A stretch of 61,476 nucleotides of DNA, from contig JAFGFL010000058.1 in assembly GCA_016931055.1 (NCBI GenBank), forward strand, positions 1 to 61,476, in the 5' to 3' direction. Below are positions 50,101 to 59,100 of this stretch, piece after piece; position 1 is the first letter of the stretch; each line of letters starts with the position of its first letter. This DNA comes from Candidatus Omnitrophota bacterium (lineage in GTDB: Bacteria; Omnitrophota; Gorgyraeia; Zapsychrales; Zapsychraceae). Position numbers and translations under genes: made by a program. The notes below the pieces were generated by a model. It made no database searches. It had not been told where the DNA came from and was given only the letters and a program-made list of their open reading frames with translations.

Positions 50101-53100
50101 AGTGAGAATGTGGAAAGGATCTACAATCCTGTAAACCGAGTAACGACCCTTAACAACCTCACTGGCAGGCCGATATTTATTGAGAGCTTAAGAACAACGA
50201 TACCTGCCGGCGTCACGAGCTACACGGATGTCCTCGCAGTGCCGTTAGCGGACGGCACCGTCGAGCAGGCCCTGGTCAACGGCGACAGTCTGGCCGCTCC
50301 GTTCAAAGAATATAAGGCCGGGGATCCGGTGTTCAGAAACGGGAATGATGTTATTCTCATGAACCGGGATGATCCGCAGCAAAGCATGGTCTTCCAGTTC
50401 CGTCCCGGGATCGCCATGCCCGAGGCGCCCGAAGTGCAAACGGTTAAAACCGGACGCAAGATCGGGGAGCACCTCACTATCGAAAGTGAAGACTTTAACC
50501 GGGCCGGAGAATCGGTTAAAACCAGATTTAGCGTTGATTATGAGTTAGCGCGTCAAATCGAGACAGCGACAGGCAGAAAAATTAAGATCGGCACAAACGA
50601 GATGACAACGCAGGAATTCAGAAGCCTGTTCAGCGGCGTCAATGAACTTAAAACACTACAGAGAGAAATTATTAATACGGAAACCCCGAAGGGCATTGAG
50701 GCCGTCCAAGGGGACATAGACATATTAGAGAAGAAACTCGCCGGGTTGGGCGAAGAGACAAAACCGGAAAGGGACCGGCTGGCCCGCATTAAGGATAAAG
50801 ATAATACTGACGCGCAAATGTTTGTTTATGAGATGGCGCCGGCGGCCATAGACAAACATATTGCAGATCAAATGGCCTCTTTTGATTTAACGGCCTTGCA
50901 GAAGACCCGGTTGCTGTTTGAATTAAACGACCAAACTTTGGGCGGCTTTGCCGAGAAGACAAATGACGGGAAAGAAGCTGTTTATGTATTTAAAGAAATC
51001 GCGCAAAACAATCCCCGTTTCCCGGAGACGCCTGTCGCCGAGGTCATTCACCATGAGTTATTGGCGCTTAACGGGGCAGCGGACGGGGAGAATTTAAAAA
51101 TTCAGATGGACAGGGCCGGCGCGACAGAAGTCAGAGGATCCGTCCAAACGCCAAGCGAATTCCAGGCTTCTATGGTGCTTGATGCGCATAAGGCAGAAGC
51201 CGGGTACAGAACATTGAGCCTTTCGGATTATGCGGCGCAGAACAACATCGATATGACGGAACTCACCCGCAAGATGCAGACCATGCGCGAAGAAACGGTA
51301 ATGGGAACACCAATCGAGCCCATTTCAACTCCCGAAGTTAAAGCGGGCCAATATGCTTTAAGGGCCAGCAGCCCGGCAGCCAGAGAAGTTGCGAAAAGGC
51401 TTATGAATGAACTAGGGGTTCCAGAGGCTTCGTCAAGTATAACGAGGACAGTGAGTGGGGACAGTTTTGAAACGGACTACCAGACACAGCAAGAGCGCGC
51501 GCTTGCGGGTTCGTCGCCGATAGGCCTGCCGCCGGCATCGCAAACAAGAGATAGTTTAAGGCCGGCAGGAACAGTGTCCAGCCCGACGCAAGCAGATCGT
51601 CTCTATGATAGCCGGATAAATCCCATGACTACCGGCCCGCCAATTTCAAAAATGGACCCGCCGGCGGCTATGTCGTCCCCGATGATCCGAGAAGTTTCCC
51701 GTGCGGTTTCTTCCCCAGCGGACTCGCTCAGGACTGGCGGTGAGGTTAGCCGAACCACCAGCTCGCCGGTTGCGGTCGAGCGCCCGGCCGTTTCCTCGCC
51801 GATGTTGGTAAGAAAGATGGGGTCACTTGGAAAAGGAATCACATTGCTTGATATGCGCGAGAAGACGTTTCTAAGAGCGTGGCCTTACAATTCTGAACAC
51901 GCCGGGTTTGACCTTGGCAGGGAGATGCCAGCTGCTCAATCTGCTTTTAGGAAATGGCAAGTTGCTTCCCAAAGGCCAGTAAAAAATCCGTTTAAAGGAA
52001 TTTTCTCTGCTGTTTCGGTCCGATCCATTAATGTAGCCGATGTTGATAATCTGACAGAGATGGCTGTAAGACAAAGAAATTTTACGGAAATGGTGCGGTC
52101 TGCCATAACACTGACGGAAAGTCAAAAGAACCGGATCGAAGAAAGGAAAAATAACGGCGAAAAAGAGAACGGATTCGTTAAGGCCCAAAAGATATTCAAT
52201 CTTAAGGCTGTGGCTTCACGGATCGATTTAAATATTGTTAACGCACAAGAGGCCACGTTGTTGTTTGCCGCGTTCAAAGATCTTGGGGATTTCGAATCAG
52301 CCGCTTATATTTATGAAAATGTGCCTGACCAGGATTTTAGAGGTTCAACGGTTAACCGGGAATTTTATGCGGTGGCACTTAACAAGATCGGGGAAACGGA
52401 CCGCAGTATAGCCGTCAGCGAACAGCTTATCAAGGAAGGGCATGGAAATGGGGAGGTTTATGCAGCTCTCGGGAAGGCCTATAAATTAAAAGGGGACATA
52501 CATAAGTCTTACGAGTATTATCGCGACGGATTCTTAAAGGATTTTGAATACTACCCCGGTATCAACGCGGCATATAACCTGATCGAAATGGGCCAGGATC
52601 AACAGGGTGAGCGGATGAGTAAGATGGTTTATTTTACGGCTGAAATGGCCGGCGGGCTTCGTTCCAATGATTATTGGGCGGTGGCAACGATGCTTGAGGC
52701 GGCGCTTATGGCACGGCAATATGAAACCGGTGAAGGGATTAAAAGGATAGAGAACGCTCTTAACAGAGTTGATCAAGTCGGCCGGCATGAATGGGAGATT
52801 GATTCGACATTAGGCAATATGAAAAAACTGCGGGACGCACGAGCGGGTAAAAACGAAGACGTGACGATTTTTGACAAGGCTATTACCCGTTTGAAAACCA
52901 AGAGAGATTCGATCCATACGCTGGATGCTCAGGAAACAGCGGTTCCTATCATTGACGACAGGAACGATCTTACAAGGGCATTCATCAAAGTTGCGTTTCA
53001 TTATAAAGGAATAAATTCAAGCTTCGTGGTCGGGAATTACAGAGTCGGGGCAAAGCTTAATGACCATACCATTAATCGCGTTGACCTGGCGACAGTTCGG

Positions 53101-56100
53101 TCTATTTTGGAAACAGTGGGCCTAAGCGGAACGACCGATGTGGAAAAATTCAAGCGCAGCATTGATAAAGTGATACGGGCCCAATTCGATACAGAACACA
53201 TGGAAGATTTGCACGGTGCTAGGCATGATGTTTTCGACCGGCACGCGGCGGGCACGAAAGAAATAAGCGGGGCGGACATTACCGGCGATTCAAGAACAAA
53301 TGTCATAACGGACTTTTTGATCGGCCAGGGAGACTGCCGCCACCATGCTTATTTCAAACAGCTTGCCTTTGATGTATGGAAAAGAGACAGCTTAAATCGG
53401 CTTTTACAAAAGGCCTATAATGCGAATATGGGGGGAGACGTTGCGGGGTATGAACAGTATATGCGTGATGCCGTAGAATTGGATCGAACACAAATGTATG
53501 TCGTTGACCAGCAGGTGTGGCCGGAAATCGAAGTGGAAGAGTTATATGTTGCCAAGACGGATAAAGAGGGAAAGTATATAAAAGCGGATTCCTTTCAGCA
53601 TTATGAGTCGCATACATTGAACGTTTTGGCAAAATTTGGTGAAGATGGCAATCTGGACCAATTAAAACAAGCAGATTCATTTTATCAGTCAAAGTATGAT
53701 TGGGCGGATCATGATGCGCGTCCGTCCCTTTCAAAAGACGGAGAGCTCATTCTTGATGGGGGAACGATCAAAGCCATCGGGGAGAATGGGAAGGAAGTGG
53801 AAGCCCGTGTTGTACTTAAGCCGGAACCTTTCTCCGGACAAAGGGATCAAGCGAGTGCGGATGAATACAGTCAAACAAGGTTTAGAGGGGTAACAATTGA
53901 TCGGCCTGCCGATCCCACGAAGCTCATGCACAACAGCGCTTTCGATACGGGATTTCATCAAGCGATCAAGCAATTCGCGTTCTCCGTGGGCAAGTATTCT
54001 CCGCAATCAATGAATGAAATTCAGAAAGCGAATGTCGCACGCATCCATGAGCTCACGAAACAGATAATTGGACGGGATCAGGTGACCCATCAGGATTATC
54101 AGGACGTTCAAGACTGGATCATTAATCCGTTGTTTGATAGATTCAGACCGGAAAGGATGGCCCGCGGTTCGTTTACGGAAGATACCTGGATCGCTTATCA
54201 GCATCACAAGGGGGTTGATCAATATGAAAAAGAGCCTTTCAAATGGGATGAATCAAAAGTCAATAAAGAAACGTTGGCCTTATTAATAGCTGCAGACAAG
54301 GTTCATGGCAAGGTCGCAGGCCTTATTGAAGACAGGTTCAGAAGTTCAGGCAGAGTGGAGCTCCTTTTAACGTTGGCGGCCGATAGTCATAACTCGTATT
54401 ACCGGGGCGAAGTCCGCAATATGCTTCAGGACAACGGGCTTGTCGCTGAGCTGGATTTCTTAACTGATTCGGATATAGCACTATATATGAATGAGGGGAA
54501 AGGAGGCTTTTCGGAAAAGTTTAAGGCGAGGAGAACCAATCCAAAATACAAGGATAAATTGAAATTATCAGATGTGAAAGAAGGGAAAAGAGCTGAATTT
54601 TTGTCAAAAGCGCTCAATCATCAATTGGAAACGATGGAAAGTTCCCTGGGACAGGAAGCTTACCGTGATGCTGCAAAAGAATTGTATGATCCGATGAAAG
54701 AAAAATACGCTTCCATGCTGGCCAGGGTTAATGATATTCAGAAAACATCCAATACGCCGGAAGAGGTTGAGCAAAAGGTTATGGCCGAATTCGGGGGACA
54801 TAAGATTAATACAATCGCTCAACCGTGGAAGACTCTTGTTCAGGAAGCCAATAATTATGGGCAAAGCCGAACAGCCCGGACGGATTATTTATATGGATTG
54901 CAAAGGGCGCCTGTCGTAACGAATATCATGGTTATGAATATGGACAATGTCATCGACGACCTGGCATTGAGGGCAGGAGAACGAGGCATTATGAAAGAGG
55001 CTGTCGACGAACCGTCTTTAAACAGCGCCGCTTTGCGTTCCGTAAATGCTCTATGGAGGGTGACAAACCCTTGGAATAGTTATGATGGGCAGATTAGCCT
55101 TGCGTTCAGCATTGAAGATGCGGACGGATTATTAGGAACAACAGAAATCAAAAAGGATGATGTGGTCCTAAGGCCAAATCTCTCTGCCATGTATCAAGCA
55201 GCCGCAAAAGCGACGGTGGGGCTTACAGATTTTGATCGATACTCGCCGCAAATAGAGCAATGGGCTGACTTAGATAGAAGAATAGATGAAGAGCTGGGGA
55301 AATTAGGCGTTGCGGCGAACGAGACGAATCGGAATGAGGTTAGAAAACTCCTTGACGTCTCCGGCACATTTGGAAGTGTTTCTTATGCCCCGTGGACGGT
55401 CGTGTTAAAGACGGGTCCGAGAGGGGAAGGCACACAATTTGTTCAAGATAGACAAACTGAAGTGGATAGACGCTTTTTTGAAGCAAAAAAACATATTAAC
55501 AATAATAATTTTGCTTTTGCTGAGACTTCTGTTAAAGGAGCGTTATCGTTTTTAAATAGTGTTTCTGCTTCCGGAACGGAGTCGGGAGCAGGATCTTTGC
55601 AAGACTATGGTCTTGCTAGGGATGTCTTAAGCTCTCTTGATAGAGCTGGACGGCTGCCTGAGGAGGGCAGACCAGTTCTTCAAGCCCTTAATCAAGGATT
55701 AAAAGGGGCTGATCTTGAAAGAGCGCTGACAGATTCATTATGGTCTATGCCTGTTCAGGCGCGTGTTCTTGAGAATGTTATCTCCGATGTGGATAAAGGC
55801 AATCTTGCACAGTTGCTTACTCAAGCGGAGCAATCTTCAGCTGGCGGAGAATTTGTCACAGTGACGGATTCATCGAGGAAACTACAGCCGCAAAGACAGA
55901 TGAAGGTAAGTGTACACGCAGATAGGTCAATAAAACTTAAACCGGAAGATACTATTGATATGCGCGAAAAAGATATGGATCACATGATTATCTTCGGCGA
56001 TCAGGAATTCGGTTATTTTGCGGCTCAGTATGATGGGCTTTCGAGCATGCCTCGGGTTTTCGGCTTGGTTGATCAAGAGATGAGGCCGATCAAAACAGAG

Positions 56101-59100
56101 ATTGACGGACAATTTGATCGCGGCATTCAATTCGTTGAAATAGAGGGCTTTAATCAAAATTATCTAATGGATTCATATGAGCATCATGTAAGGCTTTCTC
56201 AGCTTATACAAGAGAAAGAAGGGTTGGAAACACAAGCAAAGATGCTTCGAGATCAACAATTAGAGACTGTCGATCAAATCCAATTTACTCGAAATCACAA
56301 TGAAATACAAAGAGTACAACGTGCCATTAGGAATATTGATATTGAAATTCTGGAGAATCAGCGAGAACGAGGAGTCACGTACTATACTCGTATTTCACCG
56401 GTTATGGCGGCAGCATCCTCGCCCGCGATGATGGCGGAGCGCCAGGCGGTTGTGTTGAACACGCGCCTTTTCTCACCGATGCAAGCCAGACGGACATCTA
56501 TCGACACGCGGCCGTCGGTTTCTTCCGTCCGGTCCTGGGCAGCAAAGTCAGGTCATCGGATCAGCAGCGCGCAGGCAAATGAGGCGAGAAACCTTCTTAT
56601 CGAATATGAGTCGTTCACTTTCATCAAAGGCGGCAGAAAAGAAATCAGGGAATATTTGATCAAGCAAAATGTGGCGCCGCATACGGCGGATGTGGTTTCT
56701 TTCTTGGGGGATATACAAAGGACAATTCAGGAAGAAGTGAATCATATCGATGCGGTTCAGTCCTCGCTCGAAATGGGCGGTTCAGAAAGGGTTAGAAATA
56801 TCGCCTACCGGATCGCTGATGCCAAGGTCAATCATGGGTTGAACATTGATACGGTTACAGCTATTCCCTTGAGTGATGGAGTTGATATTACATATGTCAG
56901 AGACAGATTAGGCGATATTGACCCACGGCAAATTTTGTTCGTCGGACGTGAGAACGGGAAGGAAGTCTACCGCAATGGCAATCTGGAAATATATGAGAAC
57001 GGGGTCGAATCCATCAGCGGGAATGTCCGTGTCATTATCGGGCATGAGGGTATGATAGACCAACAAATCGGCAAAATGATCAACGATGCGATTACACGCA
57101 ACGCCGCCGCGGTCAGAGAGGGGACAGGGATGCCGCGGTATGTCGTTGGGGAAAACGGGGAGAGGGTTGTCTTGGAAACCATAGGTCAGGGGAATCAATT
57201 GAGGCTTGATCTGACATCCATGGATATGGACATGGACGCCATGGATAAGAAGGTGGACAGGAAAGCTATTGCGATCGCTTTAAGTAATTGGATCAGAGGA
57301 TTATCTACACAAAAATTCGAAGGCCAGGATCTGCGGATTCAAGACGTGCAGGTGTTCAGTCCGCAAGAGGCGCCGGAACTCCGCAGGGTGTTTCGGTTAG
57401 GGCCGGATTTGGACAGGGCCGCCATTGTCATCCGCGACCGCAACGGCAAGACCCGCCTCTTGGTGAGTTCTCTGGTAGTTTCAGAAATCGCCGCCCATCG
57501 GAAGGACCAAACAGGAACGGAACTCGGGAAATTAATATCGGAAGGGTTGCAATACCAAGAAGGCGAACAGGTGCGCAGTCCGATCGTTCAAGGGTTCCGC
57601 AACCTATTTGAATATGGGGCGGAAAAGGCGAGAGAGTTTATCCAATCGGATGTGGCGGATATCGAGATGGTGGACTTCGACGGAGATCTCATGGAACTGT
57701 CGACGGAACAAGCGCCGGTCTATTTCCCTCAAAAACCCGTCGAAACATATACTTTTGGTGAATGGGCCTCCTTGATAGATGGAAGAAGTATGGCGGCCGA
57801 ACGGATCCCAGGAATTCCTGAGCCGCCCGTGCCGACTTCAACCTCGCAGGTTGCACCCCGTCAATTAACCGGTGGGGTGCTACACCCAATCGGTAAATTA
57901 AGGGGTGTTGAAGTCGGTAAGCGCCCGGCCGTCTCCTCGCCGATGAGAGTCCAAATTCCTAAGCAGAGTCTCCCGACGGCCATGGGGCTGATGCTCCTTG
58001 GCGCGGGCGGAGTTTGGGTGGCGGCCGACAAGGCCTTAACCGGTCCGGACAAAGACATGTTCGCTGCAGGGCAACAGATATCCGTAAAGATTGAGCCGAA
58101 AGAGCTTCAAGTCCCAACGGGTCCTTCAGTGCCTTCAGTAGAGAATTATAAGGAAGTGGCCTTTAGCGTACTTTCGACTAAAAGAGGAAAATCTTATGCG
58201 GCCGAGAAGAGCCGGAAACTTCATAACGATATAAAGGAAAGACTTGGGAAAGACGTCCCGACAGCCATCGCTTCGAGCAAAGTCAAAGATCATTATTACG
58301 TTATTGCCTTCACGGATGAGGCGACTATCCAAGAGGCAAAGAAGAAGATCCCTGATGTCGAAGAATATTTCCCGCTCTGGCGGCTGACAGACGCCGGCAG
58401 GATTGAATTTGATGATGACTTTGAGATTATAAGAGCCGTCGACAATATTATTAACGAGATTCCTCGGCTTGATGCTGACAAGAGAGATTATCTCCGGAAT
58501 GTCTTAGTGGTCACAGGATTTTCCGAGACGAACGCCTTGCGTAAATTTACGGATCAGCTCAATGGCGGACCGGCGAAGGGCTGGTTCAATATGGAGCCGG
58601 CCACTGCTCTGGATATTATTCAAAATTTCATCAGGGGCAAGGAAGACCTTAAGAACGCGATCAAGACAGTGACTGAAAAAGACTGGGACAAAATCAGGAA
58701 GTGGAAGAAACCTTATTTGGCGCAGAAATTAAAGGATGATGGGAACTTTGCCGCTTTCATGGCAGGGATGCAGTATCTCCGGAAATGGACAGAAGTTGAA
58801 GGAAAGACATATGAGCAGGCCTATAAGGATGTTTACAACACCTGGAAAGGGAAGGCTGTCGTTGAGGAAGTCCGGGCGAAGGTCAGACAGGCCGATTTAT
58901 ATATGAAAAAAGCGGAGCAATTAAAAGGGGCAGGGCAGCCCAAATACAACCCTGCCGCCCGCGCAACAAGACCATCCTCCTCGCCGGTTGAAGTTTCCCG
59001 GCTGAAAGCGATATCTTTCTCGCCGGTGGTGAAAAAAGAAAGCGAGGCTATTTCTAGCCCCGCTTTCAAAGGTGCTACCCAGCTTCTATCTGAAACTGGG

